Shown in pieces: positions 35,588-45,283 of a stretch of 63,139 nucleotides of DNA. The stretch is from a virus (lineage: Duplodnaviria > Caudoviricetes). The notes beneath the pieces were generated by a model, which saw only the letters and a program-made list of their open reading frames with translations, had not been told where the DNA came from and did not search any database. The DNA lies in the IMG/VR virus record IMGVR_UViG_3300021371_000014, positions 1-63,139 of that record; one strand, written 5' to 3'. The position numbers and the translations under genes are program-made. The first letter of the stretch is position 1, and each line of letters begins with the position of its first letter.

Positions 35588-36902
35588 TACCGAATTTGAA
35601 TTTGAAAGCATAAGCTTTTACTCACCGATTGCACGCGATATTATAGAATTGCGTGGGGCTTGTTCTATTTTCGAAATTTATGAAGATATTCGGTATCCAT
35701 TTATTACTGCTACAATGACAGTAAGAGATGAGGCTGGATTTGTTTCGGGAGTTAATATTACTGGCGGCGAAACAATATCAGTATTGCTGAGCAGTAAAAA
35801 GCCTGGTGCATCACCGATCGCAAAAAGATTTTATATTAAGAGAATTCGAATGACGGCAAAATCAAATGATAGAGCAGAGTCATACGTATTAGATTTAATT
35901 GAGGATGTATTATTCGAATCATCATTACAAACTGTCAATAAAATGTATAACGGCAAATGCAATACGATTCTCGAGAAAATAGCACAAAACTTTTTAGATA
36001 AAGAAATATATTCTGAAGTTCAAGCTGAGCAAGTAATGAAGTTAATTGTGCCAAACCTGTCTCCACTCGAAGCAATGATGTGGATCAAAGATAGAGCAGC
36101 GACTATAGATGGATATCCATTTTATTTATTTTCAACACTGGCAACATCTAAGTTAAACTTCTTAGACTTAGGTACAATGATTAGTAAGCAGGTTCAAAAC
36201 TTAGATGTTGAGTATAAGTATTCATCAGTTCCTGCGCAATCGGAATATGATGATATACAAAGAAGAGTATTAAAGGGATTTGAACAAACGAATACTGAGG
36301 ATTTATATTCTTTAATTCGTCGAGGGCTCATTGGTGCCGAGTATGAATTTATTGATACTGTTAAAAATAAAAGGAATATATTTCATTTTGACGTATTTAA
36401 AGAATTGCTTGATCCAATGAGACAAAATGTTCTTTCGAAAGAGCAGCAGAATATTTTATATGGACCTAATTATACATACAATGATAAACCTTATAACGAA
36501 ATAAAAAATAAAAGAATTACGAGAATTGCTAGCACTAGTCCATTTAAAACAGTAGATGAAGAAGATCTTCTCGCTTATCGTGAAGCTGCTACTTTAGGGC
36601 AGTATAAATTTGAAGTAATTTCGCGTGCGATGGCAGATTTTTTAGTAAAATCACCTATTACAATTGTTGCAAATGGAATCGATTTTATTGATGGCAATAG
36701 CCATAGAACAATTGGTAATAATATTCGAGTACAATTTCCAAGTAGTAATACTGCAGTTAGTCGTAGCGATGATCAATTAGATAAAAGATTAACTGGTGAT
36801 TATTTAATTCATGGCGCTCATCATTTATTTCGTCCAGATGATGGATCTTATGATATTAAATTGACTTGTGTTAAACTTGCTCATCAAAGTAGGACTCAAT
36901 AA
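35580..36902 (+). CDS. Putative baseplate hub protein (gp27-like)
   Basis: IYEDI..PFITA; IVPNLSPLEA; LTGDYLI...HH; position between gp53 and gp5. Confidence 0.55.
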   Translation: MSSTEFEFESISFYSPIARDIIELRGACSIFEIYEDIRYPFITATMTVRDEAGFVSGVNITGGETISVLLSSKKPGASPIAKRFYIKRIRMTAKSNDRAESYVLDLIEDVLFESSLQTVNKMYNGKCNTILEKIAQNFLDKEIYSEVQAEQVMKLIVPNLSPLEAMMWIKDRAATIDGYPFYLFSTLATSKLNFLDLGTMISKQVQNLDVEYKYSSVPAQSEYDDIQRRVLKGFEQTNTEDLYSLIRRGLIGAEYEFIDTVKNKRNIFHFDVFKELLDPMRQNVLSKEQQNILYGPNYTYNDKPYNEIKNKRITRIASTSPFKTVDEEDLLAYREAATLGQYKFEVISRAMADFLVKSPITIVANGIDFIDGNSHRTIGNNIRVQFPSSNTAVSRSDDQLDKRLTGDYLIHGAHHLFRPDDGSYDIKLTCVKLAHQSRTQ

Positions 36903-36903
36903 A

Positions 36904-37800
36904 ATGATAGAAAGTCCAAATAGGGAAATGTTTTATGGCGATACTATCCGATGGTTCATCGGAGAAGTCGTTAATATTAATGATCCAATACAGTTAGCTC
37001 GCATACAGGTTAGAATATTTGGTATTCACGGTGAAGAGATTGCTGATGAAGATCTACCATGGTCTCAGGTTGTAACACCAATTACTGAAGGCGGTACAGC
37101 GTTCTATGGTAATCCATTGGGTATTCAACCAGGAGCAAATGTGGTTGGAATTTTTACTGATGGCGTGAGTTCTCAGTGTCCGTTAGTATATGGATCACTT
37201 CCTAAATATGAACCAAGCGATGAAGACTCTTATGAAAAGTCAGTAAGTAAATTGGCTAGAGGAATACAAACTGATTCATACGAACCCGATGAAGTAATAG
37301 GAGAACCTGATGATCCATTCGCAGCAGAATATCCACACAATCTGGTATACAAAACTACTGCAGGTCATGTTAAGGAATACGACAATACGCCTGATGCTAC
37401 ACGAATTAGAGAACTGCACCAATCGGGTACATTTTATCAAATTAACCATGACGGTGATCTTGTTACACACATTGTCAGAGACAGATACACAATGGTTGTA
37501 TCAGATGATGCCATACATGTCAAAGGGAATGTAAAAGTTTTTATTGATCAAAATGCAGATATTACTGTCGGTGGTGATGTACAAATGAATGTTACTGATG
37601 GATCGGTTACGGTTGATACACCAATCACTACACTTACTGGTAATTTAAGAGTTGATGGTGATGTATTGATTGGTGGAGATGCGGTGACTGATAAGGGAAG
37701 TTCTCTTAATGAGCATACCCATAGAGATAATGCTGGTCTTATTCCAGGAATTACTTCAGCTCCACTCGTCTCTGGTGCATTTTTTGAAGGAATATTTTAA
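36904..37800 (+). CDS. gp5: Baseplate central spike gp5 (OB fold and beta-helix, no lysozyme domain, HxH apex)
   Basis: WFIGEVVNINDP..LARIQVRIFGIH...LPWSQV; EYPHN...GHVKEYDNTP..RIRELHQSGT; LNEHTH. Confidence 0.85.
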   Translation: MIESPNREMFYGDTIRWFIGEVVNINDPIQLARIQVRIFGIHGEEIADEDLPWSQVVTPITEGGTAFYGNPLGIQPGANVVGIFTDGVSSQCPLVYGSLPKYEPSDEDSYEKSVSKLARGIQTDSYEPDEVIGEPDDPFAAEYPHNLVYKTTAGHVKEYDNTPDATRIRELHQSGTFYQINHDGDLVTHIVRDRYTMVVSDDAIHVKGNVKVFIDQNADITVGGDVQMNVTDGSVTVDTPITTLTGNLRVDGDVLIGGDAVTDKGSSLNEHTHRDNAGLIPGITSAPLVSGAFFEGIF

Positions 37801-38066
37801 TGTCGGATTTAAACATTTTACCGAATGGAAGTATTGGTTATATTGATAGTAATGGAGATGTTGCATATGTAATCCCACCTAGTGGAATTGCGAGTAAAGC
37901 TCAATTAGATACGATTAGTACTATGGACATATTTTTTAAAAATCCTAGATCCATTAGTCAAAGCGTAACCGTGCCAGATGATACATTTAATTATATGGTT
38001 ATAGGACCTATCAATGTTGACAGTAGTGTAATACTTACTGTCGAAGGAAATTTAGTTATAGGATAA
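37800..38066 (+). CDS. Small virion protein
   Basis: TAATG coupling; beta-rich NYMVIGPI.V...LTVEGNLVI. Confidence 0.6.
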   Translation: MSDLNILPNGSIGYIDSNGDVAYVIPPSGIASKAQLDTISTMDIFFKNPRSISQSVTVPDDTFNYMVIGPINVDSSVILTVEGNLVIG

Positions 38067-38070
38067 AAAT

Positions 38071-39786
38071 ATGAGTAGAATTAGAGTAGGAAAAATAGAA
38101 AAACTCGATGGAAATGCACCAACTCTTGCCGACTTAGGAATTATTGGTAATGGTGATTCAAATGGCCATGTAAGTGGTTTAACTGATTTGGTGGATGTTG
38201 ATTTTTCTATTCCACCCGTAGGAAATCAAATACTAAGTTATGATTCAGCGTCTTCATTTTGGAAACCGGTTGACTTAGATTACACAGTAACACTTCAAGA
38301 CGTAACTCAGTATCAATCAAATTTGCAAATTACTGAAGGGCAAATCACTGACTTACAAACGTATTTGACAAGTGTTGCGTTTAGTGATTTAACGAGTACA
38401 CCAACAACAGTAAGTGGATATGGTATTACTGATGCATTTGATGGTAACTATAGTTCATTAAGCAATATTCCTTCATTCGCGACAGTCGCGACTTCTGGGT
38501 CATTTACAGATTTATTAAACAAACCTGGCTTAGGAAACCTAACGGATGTTACAACAACCGGTGTTACGGCGGGTCAAGTGTTAAAATGGAGTGGATCGCA
38601 ATGGCAGCCAGCAAATGATTCTGCTGGGGCTGCGGGTGGAGTTGATTCTGCGGCAGTAACAACTCTAATTACAGCTACGGTTGATAGCGCATATGTCCAA
38701 GCAAGGGAAACCCCACAAGATTTTGCATATGGGTCTCTAACCGGCGTGCCTAATGTCTTAGATTCGGCTGATGTTGCAACAATAGCCGGTGGTCTTTCCG
38801 GTTTAGATTCTACTGGTGTTATAAGTTTAATCGACTCTGCTTATGTTCAGACAAGAGAATCTCCTAGTTTATGGACTGAAAGCGCCGGTGATGTTTATCG
38901 ATTAACTGGTAATGTTGGAATCGGAACTGCACCACTAGCCAACAGAGGATTACACATTAAAGAGACTGGGTCTTCAGTTGCTATATTGGCAGAAACTGGA
39001 TTTGCAAATACTTCTATTTCATTTAAAAATAACGCACAAAATGAAGGAACAAATATTACTGCTGCGGGATCATCTGAATTAAAATTCTATGTTCAGAGTT
39101 ATAATTCTGCAACTGTACAGGCCGGTGGTTTTAGAGTCAATGGTCAGTTAAATGCATATGTTGGTACAGGAAATACTTCACCTATATATGCTTCGGTAGG
39201 AACAAGTGGATATACTGGGGATGTCTCTACATTAGAGGTCGGTGAAATTCCTAACCCAGCTGATAAAAACTTTTTAAGATGTCGCATATCTGGTACGGGT
39301 GATACTGAATTTTCTTTAAGAGGTGATGGTCAGGCATATGCTGATGGTAACTGGAATGGTGGCGGTGCAGATTACGCAGAATATTTTGAATGGTCCGATG
39401 GCAATTCAAATGATTCCGATAGACGTGGTATTACCGTAGTATTAGATTCAGATATGATTAGACCGGCCCTTATAAGTGACAGCGCAGCTTATATTATTGG
39501 AGCGGTTTCAGCAACTCCTTCAGTTACTGGCGGTGGTGAATATCATAAGTGGCAAGGTAAATACTTAGAAGATTCTTTCGGTAATTATCAACTCCTAAAT
39601 GACGAGAAAGTATTAAGTCCTTTATATGATTCTACGCTCGAATATATTCCAAGAGAAGCTAGATCCGAATGGGCTCCTATTGGATTGCTAGGTAGATTAA
39701 GAATAAGAAAAAATCAGCCAGTCGGTGATAGATGGATTAAGTTGCAGGATTTAGGCGATTCTGTCGAAGAATGGTTGGTTAGGTAA
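38071..39786 (+). CDS. Tail fibre-like protein with C-terminal peptidase G2-like autocleaving chaperone domain
   Basis: LTDV...GQVLKWSG.QWQP repeats; DSAYVQ repeats; ADYAEYFEWSDGN...W..IGLLG.LRIRK.Q....WIKL....EEWLVR. Confidence 0.75.
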   Translation: MSRIRVGKIEKLDGNAPTLADLGIIGNGDSNGHVSGLTDLVDVDFSIPPVGNQILSYDSASSFWKPVDLDYTVTLQDVTQYQSNLQITEGQITDLQTYLTSVAFSDLTSTPTTVSGYGITDAFDGNYSSLSNIPSFATVATSGSFTDLLNKPGLGNLTDVTTTGVTAGQVLKWSGSQWQPANDSAGAAGGVDSAAVTTLITATVDSAYVQARETPQDFAYGSLTGVPNVLDSADVATIAGGLSGLDSTGVISLIDSAYVQTRESPSLWTESAGDVYRLTGNVGIGTAPLANRGLHIKETGSSVAILAETGFANTSISFKNNAQNEGTNITAAGSSELKFYVQSYNSATVQAGGFRVNGQLNAYVGTGNTSPIYASVGTSGYTGDVSTLEVGEIPNPADKNFLRCRISGTGDTEFSLRGDGQAYADGNWNGGGADYAEYFEWSDGNSNDSDRRGITVVLDSDMIRPALISDSAAYIIGAVSATPSVTGGGEYHKWQGKYLEDSFGNYQLLNDEKVLSPLYDSTLEYIPREARSEWAPIGLLGRLRIRKNQPVGDRWIKLQDLGDSVEEWLVR

Positions 39787-39794
39787 TATAAATA
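39787..39794 (+). promoter_or_regulatory. Late promoter
   Basis: Intergenic TATAAATA. Confidence 0.75.
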
Positions 39795-39814
39795 AAAAGA
39801 AAAGAGTCTAACTC

Positions 39815-40255
39815 ATGGCAAAAGCTTTTTCAATCGAAGACGGTAATCTCACAACTACTAGCTTAGTAGGATCGAGTGCTGTAAAATATAAAGATATTGA
39901 TTTATCTTTCACTGCAAAAAAATCAGGTGATATTTATAATAAAACCGATGCGGCCGCAGTAAAGCAAGCCGTAAAAAACTTATTGCTTACAAATCGATTC
40001 GAAAAACCATTTCAGCCTTTTTTCGGCGGTAATTTAAATGATTTTCTTTTTTCATTAGATCAAGAATTTGATGAGTTAGATGTTAAAGAAAGAATTCAGA
40101 ATGCAATTGAAAATTATGAGCCAAGAGCATTAACTCGTAGAGTTGACGTTAATATCGATGGATCATATAATAAAGTTAATATCACTGTTATATTTCAGGT
40201 TATTAGTACAAACGAATTAGTAGAATTAAACGTATCTCTTGCGAGGTTAAGATAA
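39815..40255 (+). CDS. gp25: Baseplate wedge subunit gp25
   Basis: YKDIDLSF; AVKQAVKNLLLT..FEKPFQP.FGG; IENYEPR. Confidence 0.9.
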   Translation: MAKAFSIEDGNLTTTSLVGSSAVKYKDIDLSFTAKKSGDIYNKTDAAAVKQAVKNLLLTNRFEKPFQPFFGGNLNDFLFSLDQEFDELDVKERIQNAIENYEPRALTRRVDVNIDGSYNKVNITVIFQVISTNELVELNVSLARLR

Positions 40256-42076
40256 ATGCCAACCATTAAATCATCAGATTTAGATTTTGATGAAATCAAA
40301 CAAAGTCTAAAGATATATCTAGAGCAACAGCCAGAGTTCGAAGACTATAACTTCGAAGCTTCTGGTCTTTCAAATATTCTAGATGTTTTAGCATACAATA
40401 CTCATATTAATGGATTAGTGGCGAACCTTGCTACCAATGAGTCATTTTTGTCTTCTGCTCAGTTAAGATCATCGGTTGTTTCGCATGCAGAAACTTTAGG
40501 ATATTATCCAAGATCAAAGACTGGAGCTCAAGCTACGGTTAACTTGAGCATTAATACTAATATCACAACTGTTACTCAAATTATATTACCAAAATATACA
40601 ACGTTTACTGTTGATATTGATTTTATTACTTACACTTTTAGAACTCTTGAAACAATTATAGCAGATAACGATGGACAGGGTAATTTCCAATTTGTAGGTA
40701 CAAATGGTACTAATATTACGATATATGAAGGTGAGCTAAGAACAAAAACCTTTATTGTCGGTGAATTAGAAGATGACCAATACTATGTTGTACCAGATCA
40801 AAACATGGATACTTCAACCGTAACCGTGAATGTATTTGATACATTTACATCTGCTTCATTTACGCCATATTTAAATGTTAATGAAGTGGCACGAATTAAT
40901 CAAGATTCTACAGTTTATATCCTAAGAGAAGCGCCTAATGGTTATTTTGAATTAACTTTTAGTGATGGAAATATATTAGGCCAGCGTCCTGTATCTGGAA
41001 ATAAAATTATTGTTGAGTATCTTAACGTTAAAGGTGAGAATGCAAACGGCGGTGTTACATTTAGACCTTCAGAAAAAATAAGAATCTTAGACACTGATTA
41101 TGATCTTAACGTCACTCTAGCAAGTAAATCTGCCGGTGGCCAGGGTAAAGAATCAATTCAATCGATTAAACTCAATGCACCATTAAAATTTGCTTCTCAA
41201 CAAAGATTAGTGACATCTGAAGATTATAAAGCACTTATACTTGAAAATTATTCATCTGTAATTGATGACGTATCGACGTGGGGTGGCCAAGACAATGTGC
41301 CAGCTAAATTTGGTAGTGTGTATGTTAGTTTGAAATTTAAAGATGGAATAAGTGAAGGCATTCAAACCGTAACGAAAAATAGCATTATCAATAACTTATC
41401 AAATAACCTTTCGATTATGTCAATTGATACTGAATTTAAAGATCCCGTCGACACATTCTTAGAGTTAACGACTACATTTAATTTTGATCCAGGCGCATCA
41501 AATAATTCAGTTAGAACTCAAGAGAGATTGGTGCAAGCACTAGTCGAAGAATTCTTTATAGAGAATTTGTCTAAATTCGAAAAAACATTTAGAAGATCAA
41601 ACCTATTAGCTCTTATCGATGATCTGTCTCCAGCAATTCTAAACTCTCGCATTGCAGTTAAAATTCAAAGGCGATTCATTCCAACCGTATATACTACAAA
41701 AGATTATATTTTGGATTATCCTGCGCGTATTGCTTTACCTGATGATGATACACACATTATTATTTCTACGCAATTTACTTTCGGTAATCAGCCATGTAAA
41801 ATTAGAAATGAATTAGGAACAACAAAGCTGCAAATTGTAAATGCCGCAGAAGTTGTTTTACAAGACAACGTTGGTTCATATGATCCAGTTGCCGGAGTTA
41901 TAAATATCAGGGGATTTATTCCAGAAGCATTTTTAGGAGAAGCAATTAAGATATCTGCCATTCCTTCAAATCAAAGTACTGTTAGGCCTTTGAGAAATTA
42001 TGTTCTTACTTTAGATACTGAGATATCATTCGCTGAAGGTCTTGTTGATGATCAGACGATAAGAATTGTTTTATGA
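40256..42076 (+). CDS. gp6: Baseplate wedge subunit gp6
   Basis: LDFDEIKQSL; FEDYNFEASGL..ILDVLAYNTH; SVVSHA..LGY.P; RLVTSEDY; WGGQDN. Confidence 0.92.
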   Translation: MPTIKSSDLDFDEIKQSLKIYLEQQPEFEDYNFEASGLSNILDVLAYNTHINGLVANLATNESFLSSAQLRSSVVSHAETLGYYPRSKTGAQATVNLSINTNITTVTQIILPKYTTFTVDIDFITYTFRTLETIIADNDGQGNFQFVGTNGTNITIYEGELRTKTFIVGELEDDQYYVVPDQNMDTSTVTVNVFDTFTSASFTPYLNVNEVARINQDSTVYILREAPNGYFELTFSDGNILGQRPVSGNKIIVEYLNVKGENANGGVTFRPSEKIRILDTDYDLNVTLASKSAGGQGKESIQSIKLNAPLKFASQQRLVTSEDYKALILENYSSVIDDVSTWGGQDNVPAKFGSVYVSLKFKDGISEGIQTVTKNSIINNLSNNLSIMSIDTEFKDPVDTFLELTTTFNFDPGASNNSVRTQERLVQALVEEFFIENLSKFEKTFRRSNLLALIDDLSPAILNSRIAVKIQRRFIPTVYTTKDYILDYPARIALPDDDTHIIISTQFTFGNQPCKIRNELGTTKLQIVNAAEVVLQDNVGSYDPVAGVINIRGFIPEAFLGEAIKISAIPSNQSTVRPLRNYVLTLDTEISFAEGLVDDQTIRIVL

Positions 42077-43038
42077 CGGTCGGGCATTTTATTGAAGATC
42101 TGAATCGAAGAGAAATTAATCTTCATTCGTCAAAGGTTAGGGAATTACTTCCGGAATACTTTGTAACCGATTATCCGAATCTTATTTTATTTTTGGAAAA
42201 ATATTACGAGTTTCTACTTGAAATAGATAATCCTGCTAGTTTTGATAGACAGATTCAAGAGCTTTATACAGTTCGAGATATAGCGCAGTCTTCTTTGAGT
42301 AACTTAGATCAGATCATTGGAGAAATTGGTAACGGCCTTAAGGCTGCATCATTTTTCCAAGAACCAAGATTAATGGCAAAGTTGCTTCCTGCTTTTTATA
42401 GCTCAAAGGGTACGATTTTGTCAATGGAAGGATTCTTTAGAGCCTTCTTTAACGAAGAGATTAGTGTTCAATATCCAAAACGAGACATGTTTATTGTCGG
42501 TCAATCTAAGATTGGCTATGAATCTCAAAAGTTTATTCAGAATGCTGGCATATATCAAATCTTTTCAATATTAATTAAAGTAGGTAGATCTGCATTTGAT
42601 TATTTGCAACTATATACTAAGTTTGTACATCCAGCTGGATTTCATTTCCAAGGTGAAGTGCAGACTGAAGGAAATGTTACAGTAGGCGTAATTGCCGAAT
42701 TATTGGAAGAAGCTGCAGAAGGACCACAAGGAGCATTTGTCGGTACATCTCCTGCTATCTCGCCAAGACCCGAATTTGTAGACATGACAGGATTTAGAGA
42801 TTCGTCTGATGGTGTATCAAAGGTCAGAGTTAGACTATATGAAAATGATGCGTTCTTACAGACATACCAGACACTGACCGTAGAAACAATGCTGAAGTAT
42901 TTTGATACTATTGCTGGTACGGTTGGTCCTAATTCATTTACATTTGACGATAGTGCTAATATTTCTAGACCAGACTTTGCTTCAATATTTGAAACAATGG
43001 ATGTAGATATGTTCACTACTTATGATTCTGCGATATAA
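42073..43038 (+). CDS. Baseplate wedge protein (gp7-like)
   Basis: LPEYF..DYP..ILFLEKYYEF; FYSSKGT; YQIFS; FVHPAG; follows gp6. Confidence 0.65.
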   Translation: MTVGHFIEDLNRREINLHSSKVRELLPEYFVTDYPNLILFLEKYYEFLLEIDNPASFDRQIQELYTVRDIAQSSLSNLDQIIGEIGNGLKAASFFQEPRLMAKLLPAFYSSKGTILSMEGFFRAFFNEEISVQYPKRDMFIVGQSKIGYESQKFIQNAGIYQIFSILIKVGRSAFDYLQLYTKFVHPAGFHFQGEVQTEGNVTVGVIAELLEEAAEGPQGAFVGTSPAISPRPEFVDMTGFRDSSDGVSKVRVRLYENDAFLQTYQTLTVETMLKYFDTIAGTVGPNSFTFDDSANISRPDFASIFETMDVDMFTTYDSAI

Positions 43039-43041
43039 ATA
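43034..43041 (+). promoter_or_regulatory. Late promoter
   Basis: TATAAATA. Confidence 0.7.
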
Positions 43042-43069
43042 AACTTAACCAAATTCAATAGGTGATTGA

Positions 43070-43888
43070 ATGACTAGACAAGCTATAGCTGTTGGCACAG
43101 TTGCTAATGACGGATCGGGTGATACTCTTAGACGAGCTGGCCAGAAAATTAATGAAAACTTTGTAGAAATATATCAAAAGCTAGGTGGCGGCGATAGTAA
43201 CTTTCTATCGACTTCTATTTCAATTGAAGATAGCGCTATCGTTTTTGAAGGCGGACTTGCAGACTCATTTGAAACTAGACTCAATGCATTTCAACCGACG
43301 AGTGATAACTTTATATCTCTACCAGATCTTTCCGGTCAATTAATCACGAGCGCTGGCGCGCAGTCGATTGCGGATAAGACATTGACAAATGCCACAATTG
43401 TCGATCCAGTTATTCAAGGGAGTGGATTTAAAGACTCGAATGGCAATTCGATTATCAATCTAGTTCCGAGCGGCAATGGTGTTGCAAATGATATTACGAT
43501 TGCAAACTCTGCTACTGGAATTCCGGTGCGAATTACAACAACTGGAACAGACACAAACATTGATTTGGAAATTTCAGGAAAAGGTTCCGGAACAGTCGAC
43601 TTACAAAAAATATCTGTAGGAACAACTACTCAACAGGCTAGTGGTGTAGCTAACGTTGATGCATCGCACATTATATGTGATAAGTCAACTCAATTAAATA
43701 TTACATTGTTAGATGGTACTGTAGAAGGTGAACTTAAAATTTTTACAAATACCGGAACGGGTAATGCAGTAATTACGCCGAATAATTATATTACTCCGGG
43801 CGGCAATTTAACAATTCCTCAGTACGGCGGCGCTACTATGATTTGGACTGGTAGCACATGGTACGTTATTGGAAAATATGGTTTTTAA
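43070..43888 (+). CDS. Baseplate wedge / tail fibre connector (gp9/gp10-like N-terminus)
   Basis: IAVGTVANDGSGDTLRRAGQKINENFVEIY. Confidence 0.7.
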   Translation: MTRQAIAVGTVANDGSGDTLRRAGQKINENFVEIYQKLGGGDSNFLSTSISIEDSAIVFEGGLADSFETRLNAFQPTSDNFISLPDLSGQLITSAGAQSIADKTLTNATIVDPVIQGSGFKDSNGNSIINLVPSGNGVANDITIANSATGIPVRITTTGTDTNIDLEISGKGSGTVDLQKISVGTTTQQASGVANVDASHIICDKSTQLNITLLDGTVEGELKIFTNTGTGNAVITPNNYITPGGNLTIPQYGGATMIWTGSTWYVIGKYGF

Positions 43889-43900
43889 TAGGATAAACAA

Positions 43901-45274
43901 ATGACTGCAATCGTAACAGATAGTCTATTAACTAAAATAGCTCAAGATTTTTTAGAAGAAATTAACAGCAACGCGCCAGATAATCAATACTATATTGGTA
44001 TTGGAAAGTCTGACATCTATAATGATCTAGACGTTGTTGTTGAACCTTTGAAAAATAAAGTAGAAGAAAACATTGCTAGAAATAATCTTCAATCGATTAA
44101 AAAGGTTGAAGCTGCATCATTTGTTGTAAGAAGATATAACTGGACGGCCGGTTCAGTTTATAGTGCCTACGACGATTTGTCAATTGGAATACCTCAAAAT
44201 AGTTACTACGTTTTGACTGAAGAAAATGAAGTGTACGTTTGCCTTCAGCAAGGTAAAAATGCGAATGGACAGGCAAACCCTTCAACAGTACCGCCTAGCT
44301 TTTCAGACTCCGGATCTCAAGCTAATAAAGCTTTTAAGACAGCTGATGGTTATGTTTGGAAATTTGTATTTGCATTGACCGCGACTCAATCAACTCGCTT
44401 TTTATCAGCAAGCTTCCACCCAGTACAAAAGGTTGAATGGTCACAGTTCGGTGATTCTGATTTCTTAACGGCGTTTGAATTGCAGCAGCTTGATGTTCAA
44501 ACAAGTGCTATCGGCGGACAAATATTGCACGGAGAAGTCGTTTCAGGCGGGTCCGGATATACCTCACAGCCCACGGTAACAATTTTTGGCGATGGAGCCG
44601 GAGCTGCAGCTACGGCTACAATTGCAAATGGTTCTATTGTAAAAGTTGAAATGAATAACGAATCAGCCGCAATGGGTGAAGGCTATGATATTGCATCGAT
44701 GGAAATTACTGGAGGAGGTGGATCCGGCGCAATCATTAGACCAGTCTTATCGCCAAAAGATGGAATTGGGTATGATGCTAGACAAAATCTAAAAGCTTCT
44801 TCAGTAATGATGAATATTAAACCAGATGGAACTGTCGATGATACCTTTGTGGTAGACAATGACTTTAGGCAAATCACACTATTCCGAAATATGAAAATTA
44901 CTGATAGTGATGGTATCTTTACAGAAGTTTCAGCCAATGCTTTAAAGCAATTGCAAATGACGCAAAACGTAGAAGAAGATTTTACGGTAGATAACTTTAT
45001 CAGAGGTCAGACTTCTGGTGCTGCGGCGTTTATCGATAAATTGGATAGTGACTTAATATATTATCACCAAAATGAAAATACTGGATTTAGACTATTTTCG
45101 AATGGCGAAGAAATTCAAGAATCTGATGGTTCGGGTATCGGAACAATTGTTGATGCTACTCTAGAGCCCACAGTTGATCCATTCACGGGCGATCTCCTTT
45201 ATATTGAAAACCGAGCTCGTATTTTAAGAAACGAAGCTCAGCAAGAAGATATTAAAATCATTATTACGATATAA
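43901..45274 (+). CDS. gp8: Baseplate wedge subunit gp8
   Basis: YYIGIGK; VRRYNWTAG..Y..YD; VYVCL; DGYVWKF; FRQI; GDLLYIENR..I.R...QQEDIKIII. Confidence 0.88.
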   Translation: MTAIVTDSLLTKIAQDFLEEINSNAPDNQYYIGIGKSDIYNDLDVVVEPLKNKVEENIARNNLQSIKKVEAASFVVRRYNWTAGSVYSAYDDLSIGIPQNSYYVLTEENEVYVCLQQGKNANGQANPSTVPPSFSDSGSQANKAFKTADGYVWKFVFALTATQSTRFLSASFHPVQKVEWSQFGDSDFLTAFELQQLDVQTSAIGGQILHGEVVSGGSGYTSQPTVTIFGDGAGAAATATIANGSIVKVEMNNESAAMGEGYDIASMEITGGGGSGAIIRPVLSPKDGIGYDARQNLKASSVMMNIKPDGTVDDTFVVDNDFRQITLFRNMKITDSDGIFTEVSANALKQLQMTQNVEEDFTVDNFIRGQTSGAAAFIDKLDSDLIYYHQNENTGFRLFSNGEEIQESDGSGIGTIVDATLEPTVDPFTGDLLYIENRARILRNEAQQEDIKIIITI

Positions 45275-45283
45275 GGTTTACCA

